Below, one piece after another: positions 26,025 to 38,229 of a stretch of 64,000 nt of DNA. This DNA is from Octopus bimaculoides. Lineage: Eukaryota. The notes under the pieces are model-generated. The model saw only the letters and a list, made by a program, of their open reading frames with translations, was not told the DNA's origin and did no database searches. The translations under genes and the position numbers were made by a program. Location: positions 34,185,079 through 34,249,078 of the forward strand of contig NC_068983.1 of assembly GCF_001194135.2 (NCBI RefSeq), written 5' to 3'. The first letter of the stretch is position 1. Every line of letters begins with the position of its first letter.

Positions 26025-26430
26025 TTATTATTACTGTTGTTGTTGTTTTTTTATTTTTGTTGTTGTTATTGTTGTTGTTGTTCTTATTTTGTTGTTGTTA
26101 TTATTAGTCGTTATTATTATTATTGTCGTTGTTATTGTTATTGTTATTGTTGTTATTATGATTATTATTCTTGTTGTTGTTATTATTGTTGTTATTGTTA
26201 TTGTTGTTGTTATTGTTGTTATTATGGTTATTATTGTTGTTGTTGTTATTGTGGTTGTTATTGTCATTGTTGTTAGCGTTATTGTTATCACTATTGTTGT
26301 TGTTGTTATTATTAATGTTGTAATCGTTGTTGTTATTATTATTGTTCTTCTTATTGTTATTGTTATTGTTGTTGTTATTATTATTGTTACTGATGTTGCT
26401 GTCAGAGTCGTCGTCCTCATCATCATCACA
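26025..26430. repeat. ~400-bp mixed (TTG)/(TTA) trinucleotide low-complexity tract
   Basis: Source of the poly-N/T/V/C ORFs in the track. Confidence 0.95.
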
Positions 26431-26499
26431 ATATTTCGGCAGACTTCTCATTATAATAATCGCACTGAGAAACCTGCCAGCCGAAAAGAAGTTACAGCA

Positions 26500-27750
26500 T
26501 AAAACGAAAGAAATTGACAATGCTTGAGGATGTATTCCAATTCTCTCCGAAAGTTAAATAACTTACTCAGTTAGGTAGTTGTAGCAAAGGAATATGTCTC
26601 GAAGTCTGCTAAACTGATAACTGACAGGCAAATATCTTGCCAGAAAAATGTTCGAAGATAGCACCAAGTGTGTGAGATGCGAGGGAGTTAACTACAGCTC
26701 CTTAAAGGAGGTACTCTAAGTATTATCAAAATAATAGAAAGAATAAATTAAAACACTAAAAATAATTCCAGACAATAGGAAAAACCGAATGATAAAAGTT
26801 GTAATTGAATGACAGACGCGAATAGTGAAGTCAAAGTTAGTTAACATAAAATCTATTTGAAAATAGAATAGATTAGTTTTGGGAGAACAGGTTTGTCAAA
26901 TAATCAGATTAAATTGTTTGAAAGGTAAGAAAAGTATCGAAACAAAATAATAAAGAACCAAATGCAAGAAAGAAAATAACCCAGCAGGTTTAGGAGTGAT
27001 ATACGGAGCAATGAGGAGACGGGGTGGTTTCAAGGAGAGGGAAACTAATCAAAACGAGAAATCAACGAGTCATATAGTAATTTTAGTTATCGTTTAGGAC
27101 TTTATTGAAAAACAAGCAGAAAGAGTACGTAATTATAAATTGCCGATTAGACGGACAACAAGTGTCCCGAGTTAAGAACGGAATTTGGTATTTCAAGTTC
27201 TGGAATATTTGGGACGAACATAAGGAGATATTATGGACGTAAGTGCTTAAATCTACTGAACAAGAAATTACGAGGATTCGATACAGATGTTTCAGAAATT
27301 CTCGGGAGCTGACCGTTTGAAAGAAAGACCAGTGAAAGCTAAAGTTAGGTGAAATACTTCCAAGATTTAGGGAAGTAACAAAATACTAATTCACCTCCGT
27401 AAACACAAGCGCTGTAACCATTACCAGATAGAATAATCAAATGGACAGCAGACGATCACGAGAACGTATATATGAAAATAAGGAGACTGGTGACAATCGA
27501 GTGGGCCTTGCGTAATCAGATGATAATAGGTTTTATTTCAAGAGAAAAGATGGAAAAAGAAGATTGATATGCATAGAAATCTGTGTAGATGTAGATGCTG
27601 AAAACTGAGAGTAGCATGTTACTGACAGTAATGAAATTTTTCATAGCTGTAAGAAATTAAAAAGCATGAAGTTCTTGTAGCTAGAAACAACAACATGCAT
27701 AGAAAAGTTTACATGGAACATTTGCTTTTTTAAAAGGTAGAAAAATATCT
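26500..27750 (+). mobile_element. Decayed R4/Dong-like LINE relic lacking most of the RT core
   Basis: NNQIKLFER (~26900, cf. QNRLFENNQ), FRSDIRSNEE (~26990, cf. FWSDIW), KRKDGKRRLICIEICV (~27540, cf. RKEGGRGLISIEDCV). Confidence 0.6.
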
Positions 27751-28617
27751 CTATCAAATGATGTTTCAATGGCTAAAGAAGAGTTTAAGATTAAGATCAT
27801 GGGTTTGATATTAGTTATGCAGAATCAAACTTTCAGAACAAGGTATATCAGAAGAACGGATTCAGCAGAAAATTTTGTATGAAATATTCTCCAGAGTATA
27901 TTGATGAGTTCATCAGAAAATTCAGCTGTTGACAAAAAGTATACGAAACATTCTCTTACTGTAGAATTGTTAGTTTTCACGAGGCTTAAGAAATGGCAGC
28001 TAAAATTTTATCTGGATGATAAAGTTTATTACTTTACACGTCTTCCTCTCGATTAAGATTAAGAACTATAAATGAAACCTCGTTATTGATCATTAGCATA
28101 GATTAATTTTCCCAGTAAACTCTGACTTACGCTAACGATAATCATTTTTATTGCTTCTTACAAATTATTAAGGGAAATATATTTAGCTTAGAAAATATGT
28201 CTCTCTCTCTCTCTCATTGGTGGCGTATGTTCGAAATTTGTTTAATATTTCTCGTAGTTCGAAGAGATATTTATAGGAATAAAGGACTCAAAATATCGTG
28301 AAATATTCAACAGAGGGACTACATATATTACAGAAAGACTTAATAAAATTATCCATTGAAATGAACTATATATCAATATTGGCGTTAATCAAAATATAGA
28401 TACATTTTAGACATCGCGGCGAATATTGATACGAATAATAAGATTTTAGAGTGTGTAGGCAAGGGAAGAGACATAGAAAAAGAAAAAGAAAAAGAGAAGG
28501 AAATCTAGTTGCAGTGGCTATGCCCTAAAATCTTAAATCAGAAATTAGGAATTTAGACATTAGAGAAAGAGTGGTCAGAAGAATTATAAACTACGTAAGT
28601 TAGAGTAAACCTTGGCA

Positions 28618-28842
28618 TCTTCTTCTTCTTCTTCTTCTTCTTCTTCTTCTTCTTCTTCTTCTTCTTCTTGTTCTTGTTGTTGTTGTTGTTGTTGTTGTTC
28701 TTCTTCTTCTTCTTCTTCTTCTTCTTCTCTTTTTTTCCTCTGCTGCTGCTGCGCTCCTTCTTCTGCTGCTGCTGCTCCTCCACCTCCCACTCCTCCTCCT
28801 TCTTTTTCTGCTTCTTCTTCTTCTTCTTCTTCTTCTTCTTCA
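28618..28842. repeat. Compound (CTT)/(GTT)/(GCT)/(CCT) microsatellite
   Basis: Source of the poly-K/E/S/Q ORFs. Confidence 0.95.
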
Positions 28843-28983
28843 TATCCTTGCTCTTGATACCCCCCTACATAATCTCTACTCCACTTACTCATCCCATATC
28901 CACACTTTTACTTATTTTCCACCCTTTCCTCCTGGTATAAGCCAAAAAGCAAGGTCTAGAAGACGCACAATGTGCCAACACAC

Positions 28984-29106
28984 CTTTGACGCAAGTTGGT
29001 GAAGTGCCGCTCTAAAACTGCAAACATTACGTAAAATTCCTTCCCGTGTTTTTGCGTAAACTGGCGTTGAAAATCGAGCTGGTACAGAAGCATGTGTAAC
29101 GAGTTA
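28984..29106 (-). CDS. Candidate coding exon (123 nt, phase 2-2): (N)NSLHMLLYQLDFQRQFTQKHGKEFYVMFAVLERHFTNLRQ
   Basis: Acceptor atttccttccacatttttag, donor AAG|gtgtgt; open frame (part of track ORF 28956..29183); visibly more GC-balanced and protein-like than the flanks. Confidence 0.7.
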
Positions 29107-29190
29107 CTAAAAATGTGGAAGGAAATTTTTGTCTTCTTATTTGCGTTATTTATACTTCGACAAACCCACATACATACAAACATGCATTCG

Positions 29191-29301
29191 TGCTTGACAA
29201 TCGGTGTTGGTGTTTACGTTCCCCTAAGTTAACGGTTCGGCAAAAGCGACCGATAAATTAATAAGTTTTAAGATCAAGTTTTCGGGTCGATTCATTCGAT
29301 G
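29191..29301 (+). mobile_element. 3' fragment of family B SINE
   Basis: gcttgacaatcggtgttggtgtttacgttcccc...ggttcggcaaaagcgaccgat. Confidence 0.75.
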
Positions 29302-29579
29302 GAACAGATCCTAAAACCACTTGGTCACAAAGTAAGTTTCTTAATCACACAGCCATGTCTGCGCCAATAGCCAAGCCTACAAATAATTTCTTATTCATAA
29401 GATTAGTTTTCGAGCTTTACTCTACATAATTAAAGAAATGTGTAAACACAAGATATATGGATTTATTAATAAATTACAATTTGTTTCTTTGTAGTTAATA
29501 TTCAGCAACATTCTTAGATGTAGAAATGCTCTTCGAGCTAGACAGTTTATTAATTATTTACATTTCAATATACAAGAAG

Positions 29580-29601
29580 TACACGCACACACACAGACAC
29601 A

Positions 29602-29668
<67 letters not shown>

Positions 29669-29760
29669 ACATATATATATATATATAGATGCATGAGTAC
29701 ATATATACATACATGCATACATACAACGCATACATATAACACATATATAGACACACCAAA
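29580..29760. repeat. (CA)n/(TA)n compound microsatellite
   Basis: Directly visible. Confidence 0.9.
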
Positions 29761-31254
29761 TCATGAAAAGGAACACAGTGTTAAATGAAAATATTCGATA
29801 ATAATGTAGGATTTAAATAGTGTATACGAAAGACAGGCGAATTGACAGTGACGTCAAAGTTTCAAAAGAAGCTGCTCATCAGTCGGCGAACCCTCGTAAG
29901 TAATCACTTTGCATTACGTTTGCAGATATATATATATATATATATGTATANNNNNNNNNNNNNNNNNNNNNNNNNNNNNNNNNNNNNNNNNNNNNNNNNN
30001 NNNNNNNNNNNNNNNNNATATATATGTACGCGCGCGCGTGTGCATAGAAGCACACGTCTTCTACATTTTCTGTCTTATTACCGTATGAATTATATTCTTT
30101 ATATATCTAATGTATACACAGGAAAAATATCTTGATATTTTTCCAGGTATAAGAAGACCACACTGAAACAGTTACAGGAATATAAGGGAATGACTAATGT
30201 CTTCTTGTTGTAGTGGGATTTTAATGTACATTGTATTTAAAAAATGTTAAAATTAACATATTTATTGTTTTTTTTTTCTGTTTTTATTGTGATTGCACCT
30301 CAGCATAATATATTCTCCAATCATTTGCACATTCTTTAGTTGTTACATCGACAAGTACAGCGAGATCATTTGTTTGATGAGAATCATTATATAAATCCGA
30401 AAGTTAGTTGAGAAAAATCAAAAGGATATTACTCAATTAGTCATATTTCTTTCTAATAGTCGCATAATTATTTTCAATTTACTTTTAATGTTTCCTGTAT
30501 TAATGATGTTAACATTAACTTGATTTTTATTTTTCAACTAAATAGCGTCTCTGTGTTCTGTTAAATATACTCAACTTCATAATTTTATTATCAAACATCA
30601 GTAATACTTTCAACACTGGAAGCATTAAAACGCAAACTAGATGAAAAATTAATATTTATTCAGCAATAAATACTTTTATTTGTTCGTGAAAAGAAGGATA
30701 CAATTACATAAATGTTTCTTTTACTGTTATTCTAATGTTATTAACGAATCAGAATCTTCACCCCTTGCATGTTGATATAGAGATTAATGACTCATTAAGT
30801 AAATGTAAATCATTTACACCACTTAGTGTAAAAATAGAAATATTTAGAGAGAAAATAAACCGAAACGCCATCCGCACAGAAAGCGTAAGTGAATTCTGAG
30901 TTAATATATTCTAAGTGTTAGCATATAATTTGTATTATAGAAAGTTGCGCAAAGTGGCTTTAATACTGAATGTTTTAGTATATTAATAAACACATTCGTG
31001 CGACAGGGAAATCACAGTGAGAAAACTGATTATAAAGTTTGTTGAACCAATCCATCAATAAAGAAACGTAGATTCTAAGCCCACCTGGTGCTCATGCTAC
31101 ATATTTTATTAAATTTTGCAAACTGTTGGTGTCAACAAAATTGAATTCTTTTAAATGAATCATACATCTCTGTATAAGCGTGATACAGCCAAATGGGTTA
31201 TATGTCCGCTTCGTAAACATGAGGTTCCATTTTCCATTCCTCTGCGTAGCATGT

Positions 31255-31545
31255 TGTTAAAATAGCGTTTACTATAACCTCGGGTCGACCCATACTTTGT
31301 GACTGAAACTGAGTAAAGCGAAACTGCATAGACATCCGTTGGGTGTATTGCACTTGTAATCCGCAAGGTACAGCCTTGTCTTACACAATACGACATTGAT
31401 GTGGACTGAAAACTGCGTTAAGGGCGCACATGGCTGTCCAATACTCTGCTACAGAGACATTAATTCAGGAGCAAATTAATCAGTTAATCAATCAAGTGAA
31501 TACTCATCGTCAAACAACGGAAATCAACCACAAGCACAGCCACCA
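31255..31545 (+). mobile_element. Diverged SINE with family B centre and an alternative 3' tail
   Basis: ctataacctcgggtcgacc...gaaactg matches family B; the tail aactgcgttaagggcgcacatggctgt resembles the tail of 13929-14227. Confidence 0.6.
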
Positions 31546-31875
31546 ACATCATATTCTCTGTTCTTTACTCTCTCAATCGTCAATGATGATAGATGTCGAA
31601 TTGCATAATTATGACCACTGTCAACGTGATATAATCGGAAGATATTTTACAATTTCCAACTGTTGTAATGTGAAAGCAGATATTAGATAATGTCAACACC
31701 CGCTGCTATATAATGGTGGTAAGATATCTAACATAAAATATTTGTGAAGCTGAAGCATATCAGAAAGAATATGCATCTGTACTACTCAAAACGTTTTCAC
31801 ACTCTTTGTCTGTCTGTACGAATCTCAGCCAACTGGGGGGAATTTTTCATTTATGTTCTACAAGAGAATAAGTCT

Positions 31876-32000
31876 CTGAGCTGACAGAATACTCGGAAAA
31901 ATGTTTTGGGGTATTCCTTTTGGATTTTACATTCTGTATTCAAATCACATCAAGGCGAATTTAGCCCTACATTATTTCGGTGTCTATGAAATTAAGTACC
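31876..32000 (+). mobile_element. Old family A SINE remnant
   Basis: gagctgacagaat...ttacattctgtattcaaat...gaaattaagtacc. Confidence 0.5.
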
Positions 32001-32211
32001 ATCAAGTAGAGGAGGCGATGGAATCATATAACACACTTTTCTAGAAGTTTCTGGTCTCTTGTCTAAACGGGAAGCAAATCTGAAGTGACTGAGGGTATTA
32101 AGTATTTACTAAAATCCAATTCTATTCACCCAGCTGCTTGACATGTGTCCCTTTCTTTACCAAAAAATGCGATGAGGATAAAAATAAACCTTCGTTCCTA
32201 TCATATTATTA

Positions 32212-32685
32212 ATAAAGCCAACTTCAGCATCAACAACTGCTTTTAAATGAGATCTAAATCATCTATATGCTGGAATCAAGTGGTCCGGGTTCATTTCGGA
32301 TATTACTCTGACTATGGCAGCTTTTAAAATATCTTTGGAATTATAGGAGTGTTCAATCACCTCTCTCTCTCAATAGCTTTCCACATGTTATAGCCCAATG
32401 GATTGAGATCTGGGGAATTAGAAGGCCAAATGTTAGGGATTACGTAATCAGGAAAATTTGAAGCCATTTCTCCTGTGTTACTAGAGCCATGTGTGATAGT
32501 GCAGAGTCTTACTGAAGCATATATGGCCTTCCATGGCATACACTGTCTATCCATGACTTAACATGTATTTCCAGGACACCAATGTAGGCAGTAGAGTTAA
32601 CTCTAAAGCCTTGTAGAAAAAAGTAAGGAGGTATCACCTGTACTTCATTGCTGACAAATCCTAAAATCATGACTGCTGCAAGAAG
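32212..32685 (-). mobile_element. C-terminal part of a maT/DD37D-like transposase
   Basis: AVMILGFVSNEVQVIPPYFF, GRPYMLQ*DSA, NIWPSNSPDLNPLGYNMWKAIERE, LKAAIVRVISEM. Confidence 0.88.
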
Positions 32686-32800
32686 TTTTTGTATGTTAAA
32701 AATATTTTTAATTCCAATTCATACCACTACAATGTTGCTTTGTCTAAAGCAGGATATGACCAGAAAATTTATTTCCTCAGTCCTGGTAGGCCAACACTTA
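32686..32800 (+). mobile_element. Short Penelope-like RT-linker fragment (also inverted at 34224-34335)
   Basis: IFNSNSYHYNVALSKAGYDQKI resembles the YNxALxxxGY motif of Penelope-like elements. Confidence 0.5.
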
Positions 32801-34335
32801 TAGAAATAGTAGATATGGATGTGAATTATGTTCCATGCAAACATGAAATATTTAAACTTAGAAACAATTCTAACCTGACTAATAATAGATTAGACATTAG
32901 AGTTTTGTGTGTACGCTGTTCTACTCGCACTTTCAAATATTTTAAAAAGTAGTAAACTTAAATACTGTAGTATTTCAACTCACGAGTTGATATGCATAAG
33001 GAAAATACAAGGTAAAAAATGTTAAAATAATTTTATCATGAAGAACATTTTAGTCCCGGTTTGTGTTTTTGCGACCTTTTCAACTTAATCTAAAGCATGA
33101 ACAAGAGCTAAATTGTGGAAAAAAATTAATGGAATGTTCTTTTTTAATATTTCTTTCCATAGCTTTCAAATGCAAGAGACATTTTCCTTTTTTCGGTCTC
33201 TCTCTNNNNNNNNNNNNNNNNNNNNNNNNNNNNNNNNNNNNNNNNNNNNNNNNNNNNNNNNNNNNNNNNNNNNNNNNNNNNNNNNNNNNNNNNNNNNNNN
33301 NNNNNNNNNNNNNNNNNNNNNNNNNNNNNNNNNNNNNNNNNNNNNNNNNNNNNNNNNNNNNNNNNNNNNNNNNNNNNNNNNNNNNNNNNNNNNNNNNNNN
33401 NNNNNNNNNNNNNNNNNNNNNNNNNNNNNNNNNNNNNNNNNNNNNNNNNNNNNNNNNNNNNNNNNNNNNNNNNNNNNNNNNNNNNNNNNNNNNNNNNNNN
33501 NNNNNNNNNNNNNNNNNNNNNNNNNNNNNNNNNNNNNNNNNNNNNNNNNNNNNNNNNNNNNNNNNNNNNNNNNNNNNNNNNNNNNNNNNNNNNNNNNNNN
33601 NNNNNNNNNNNNNNNNNNNNNNNNNNNNNNNNNNNNNNNNNNNNNNNNNNNNNNNNNNNNNNNNNNNNNNNNNNNNNNNNNNNNNNNNNNNNNNNNNNNN
33701 NNNNNNNNNNNNNNNNNNNNNNNNNNNNNNNNNNNNNNNNNNNNNNNNNNNNNNNNNNNNNNNNNNNNNNNNNNNNNNNNNNNNNNNNNNNNNNNNNNNN
33801 NNNNNNNNNNNNNNNNNNNNNNNNNNNNNNNNNNNNNNNNNNNNNNNNNNNNNNNNNNNNNNNNNNNNNNNNNNNNNNNNNNNNNNNNNNNNNNNNNNNN
33901 NNNNNNNNNNNNNNNNNNNNNNNNNNNNNNNNNNNNNNNNNNNNNNNNNNNNNNNNNNNNNNNNNNNNNNNNNNNNNNNNNNNNNNNNNNNNNNNNNNNN
34001 NNNNNNNNNNNNATATATATATATATATATATATAAACAATTCCGTGCTGCATCTGATGCAGCACGGAATTTTGTCAGTGAACAGGTCGCGGTCTCAAAG
34101 CGACGAAAATATTTTGGCAAATTAAATTTAAATGTAGGGTTGCTATTCATTTAGTCTTTCATCACTACAAGTTAAGTGATTAGGCTTACTATTACTAATA
34201 TCCTTATTATTATCTCTATCAAAAAGTGTTGGCCTACCAGGATAGAGGAAAGAAATTTTCTGGTCATATCCTGCTTTAGACAAAGCAACATTGTAGTGGT
34301 ATGAATTGGAATTAAATATGTTTTTAACATACAAA

Positions 34336-34492
34336 ACCTCCTGGAGCTGTCATGGATTTAGGGTTTGTCAGCAATGAAGGACATGTGATACCTCCTTACT
34401 TTTTTCTACCAGCATTTAGAGTTAAATCTACTGCCTACATTGAGATCCTGGAAATAAATGTTAAGCCCTGGATAGACTGTGTATGCCATGGA
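34336..34492 (+). mobile_element. Inverted second copy of the central DD37D transposase segment
   Basis: PGAVMDLGFVSNEGHVIPPYFFLPAFRVKSTAYIEILEINVKPWIDCVCHG; reverse complement of 32530-32685. Confidence 0.85.
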
Positions 34493-34589
34493 TATTTGAG
34501 GATAGATTGATGCTTATAAAAAAATAGCAGATATAAAAAATTAGATAAAACCTTTCTTTATCAAAAAATGCTATGAAGATAAAAATAAC

Positions 34590-35276
34590 CCTAAAACCAA
34601 GACAGCTGCAGGAACGTTTTGTATGTATAACACTTGGAACTTCAGAAGTGTCTGTACATAATCATCTGTCATTTCTTCTGTTAACATTCGGATATTGGTC
34701 GAAGTTTTTCTCATTTGAAAAAAACAAAACAAATGAAATCTTCTTCTGCTGGACATTTCAGGGCCTTTTAGGTCTGATGTAGTGATTTTCTTTTGCTTTT
34801 TTTTTTTTTTTGACAAATTCACCTTTCCTCATCGTATACGACTTATATCTGGTGTCTTCATGCACAACATTTCTGACTGTTCTTTCCGAAATATGGAGAG
34901 CTTTTTGCAGTTGACCTCATGGACTTTCTGGATTGTAATCAATGATGCTGAACTCCCTGGATACATTGAGGTGGTCGGATGATTTCGGAGCGTTTTGAAT
35001 GCCTTTTATGCTTTGATACTGGTGATATGTTTCCATCATCTGTCTCTAACTCCTTACAAACATTGTAGACGAAAGATATGGCAACTTTTAAAAATTGAAA
35101 TATTTCTAAACCGCTATGTTCAGCCTTTATAATTACAATAACAGGATGCTTCTTCATTTTTTGAGTAAGCTGTGGGTCTGACATTATTATACTCTGAAAT
35201 AAAGATTATACAGATTTAACAAAAAATGCAGCAATGACCCCAGAAAGGTATGTCCTCAAAAACCTTATGCACCCTG
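34590..35276 (-). mobile_element. 5' half of a maT/DD37D-like transposon with TIR
   Basis: TA|CAGGGTGCATAAGG terminus at 35276; MSDPQLTQKMKKHPVIVIIKAEHSGLEI...; FSNEKNFDQYPNVNRRNDR (first catalytic Asp region). Confidence 0.88.
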
Positions 35277-35333
<57 letters not shown>

Positions 35334-35334
35334 G

Positions 35335-35530
35335 ATTGACCGTTGACTGAACACTATTCAATTTTTTTTCTCCGTGTTTTTCTCCTTGTCTCCGTATTCT
35401 TTCTGTTGAAGAGCGTAGCTCGAAACATCAAAGACTTTCCGTATTCCCGAGCGTCATACTAATACATCCTTTTGTTATTTACACCACCTGTCCTCGTCTG
35501 TTGTTGTTTTTTCGTATATTCTCCCATATA
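35335..35530 (+). mobile_element. (TA)n-flanked interspersed repeat, probably Penelope terminal-repeat derived
   Basis: Related copies at 14320-14470 (-) and 62470-62610 (+); contains ctgttgaagagcgtagctcgaaac. Confidence 0.65.
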
Positions 35531-35601
35531 TATATAGATAGATAGATATAGATATATATATCCATATATATACATATATATAGATATAGATATGTTTTAT
35601 G

Positions 35602-35668
35602 TTTTACTTGTTTCAGACATTAGACTGTGGCCATGCTGGGGCACCGCCTGAAAGGATTTTAGTTGAAT
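35602..35668 (-). mobile_element. 3' end of family B SINE, truncated by the adjacent Penelope-like element
   Basis: ttttacttgtttcagacattagactgtggccatgctggggcaccgcc. Confidence 0.8.
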
Positions 35669-36130
35669 TTTAGTTATATATAAATTTAAATAATAAGGGT
35701 AATAAATTGAATATTAATTTAATTAACACCAATTTAAAACCAGTGGTCTAGCATAAAGAAAAATCTGAAAATTCCGAAAAAAATGTATTTCATACGTATA
35801 AGAAGCTGATGACCACTAAGTGGACATCCATTATGATAGAAATAGACCATCTACGATCAAACCACAAAAGAAAAGAATGTTCTCGAGAAAAATTCAGCCC
35901 ACACCAGAACATATAACGGGCAAGACAAATGAAAATATACAAAATAAACAATTAATCATAGACCAGGTTTCACCATTTACGAAATTATCACTTACGTAAC
36001 GCGCCCGTGGCACTTCAGTACGACTGTTCTAATTCAACATAATTTGCAGAACTATGCACGTTGTCCACATAAAAATAGACATATATACAGTTCTACCGAT
36101 TTACATAATAATGTTGGTAGATTTAGTCCA
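35669..36130 (-). mobile_element. 3' end of a Penelope-like element (GIY-YIG C-terminal remnant plus terminal region)
   Basis: Reverse strand CKLC ... NSRTEV (~36010-36055) resembles the CxLC...LNxRxE motif; shares ccagtggtctagc with 10600. Confidence 0.5.
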
Positions 36131-36514
36131 TCACATAATACGGCCGTATAGATATAATAAAAATTTGTAACAAAATACAAAGAATATATATTTCATTACA
36201 TTCTTTGCATGATTTTATTGGTTTTTTTATCAACCACTTCCTGACCACAACTTCCTTGCTTCACCAAACTGTGTCCGAAATGGCAACAACTCACTACAGG
36301 CATATAAATTTAGAGCGAAAACGAAATATAAACGTTAAAAATTTTGAAGCATGTTACGTCACCTAATAAGGATCTCTGCACTGTGCGTTGATGTCATTAT
36401 CTAGTACTACCCGACTAGAGAGCTATGCAGAACGAAGCCGAAAAGATGGTTGTGCTCAGGAAGTTTCTAGTCACACTCCGTCTTACGTATTACTCACTTA
36501 TATATATATATATA

Positions 36515-36545
<31 letters not shown>

Positions 36546-36564
36546 GTCCGTGTGTCTGTGTGTC

Positions 36565-36603
<39 letters not shown>

Positions 36604-36734
36604 GCACATGTAAAAATTTATGTAAAAATTTGCAAAAACTTCCTATAAGTTTATCACTTTAGTATATATACGCATGTCTAGACATTCAAGTATATGCACG
36701 AGAATATATACATAAAACAAAAGACACATCTGCA

Positions 36735-37351
36735 CGCGCAAGTGGCTACGGAGGTCAGAACTAAAGGCAGAGAGCGGACGTTTTATGTTGGCTGCCCAAG
36801 ATCAGATCTTATTGACCCGGAACTATCAAGCCAATATGATGAAAAATGGTGTAGACCGAAAGTGCCGATACTGCTACGATGGGATAGACACAGTCGACCA
36901 CCTAATCTCTGGATGTATGGTTTTGGCACGTGTAGAGTACAAATCAAGGCATGACAGAGTTGGCAATTATCGACGTTGGATAATGTGTCGGCATTATAAA
37001 ATCAAAACTGCTGACAGATGGTACAAGCACTACCCTGTGGCTGTAAATGAGGGAGAAAGTGTAACTATTCTTTGAGACTACCCAGTAAGTACACACCGGA
37101 GCATCAAAGTTGTGAATGTATGTTTATTGATTATGAGCATACCCTGTGACCATAACATCTCGACAAAAGAATTTGATAAACTTAGAAAATATAAAGATGT
37201 TCTTATCGAAATCGAAAAGTGGTGGCATCTCAAGACGGTTACAATACCAGTGATTGTTGGAGCACTTGGAATGATCACAAAAAGAACTGAAAATTATTTA
37301 AGAATAATCCCTGGCTTACCATCCATACAGGAAGTTAGGAGACAAAGCTAG
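36735..37351 (+). mobile_element. 5'-truncated R4/Dong-like LINE: CCHC zinc knuckle plus restriction-like endonuclease
   Basis: LAAQDQ, KCRYCYDGIDTVDHLISGC, YKSRHDRV, VTIL*DY, KEFDKLRKYKDVLIEI, TIPVIVGALG in track ORFs 36785..37075 and 37112..37351. Confidence 0.93.
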
Positions 37352-37423
37352 AAGTTGATGAGAACGTAGCAGTCGATTATAATGGCTTTAGTGCGAAACT
37401 GGTATTTCATTATATTTTCACAG

Positions 37424-37640
37424 AAGGCGGCGAGCCGATAGACACGTTAGCACGCCGGGCGAAATGCTTTGCGGTATTTCATGTCTTTACATTCTGAGTT
37501 CAAATTCCGCCGAGGTCGACTTTGTCTTTTATATTTTCAGGGTCTATTAATTAGGTACCAGTTGCGTACTGGGTCGATCTAATCGACTGGGCCCCCTCCC
37601 CCAACATTTCGGGCCTTGCGCCTAAAGTAGAAAAGATTAT
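37424..37640 (+). mobile_element. Family A SINE with 18-bp TSD
   Basis: attatattttcacagaag (37409-37426) vs attatatcttcacagaag (37636-37653), 17/18 identical. Confidence 0.92.
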
Positions 37641-38229
37641 ATCTTCACAGAAGAATAAAAAGGTAAATGTTGGATGGGGTTCGATTTGAAATCGGAAAGT
37701 AAGATTTTTGTAAAGCTATAACTATTGTCTGAATGTCCTTCACACATGATGCGTTTCGAATGCTAATAGAAGATAGTACGAATAGAATGAATAAAACTAC
37801 TAGAAAGCCAATTCACTAAACGCTCGATGCTGGAACAAATAATGGTATACACAAAAGAGTCACAGACACAAATAAACTAAAGACGATTGCAAAAACATAA
37901 AAATAAAATAAAACAATAGAATTAAAAAAAGAACAGCGTGTTTAAAAATTATTAGACATGGATAAATTATGCTGTGCACAAGTTGAAAGAAAAAGAAAAC
38001 TATGCTAGAGTCAAATAGGAATTCGTCTGCAGTCCAGGTTTTTAAGAGGACTAGATTCACCAGCTGACCATTAAATAATCTTTCTGTTCGTTGTGTCCGA
38101 ATCGATACTTAGTTTTAGAGCTAAATGTTCTACGTTCTATCCTATGTTACTCCAAAGAGGAAAAGGAAATGTGCACGTATGGATACATATTTCCAGATGT
38201 GCACGTTTGTGTATATAAGAGGGACATAG

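Noticed and set aside
26031-26527. Poly-Asn/Thr/Val/Cys ORFs (likewise poly-K/E/S at 28553-28940, poly-I/N at 3187-3472, YI/CV repeats)
   Set aside because: Translations of microsatellites.
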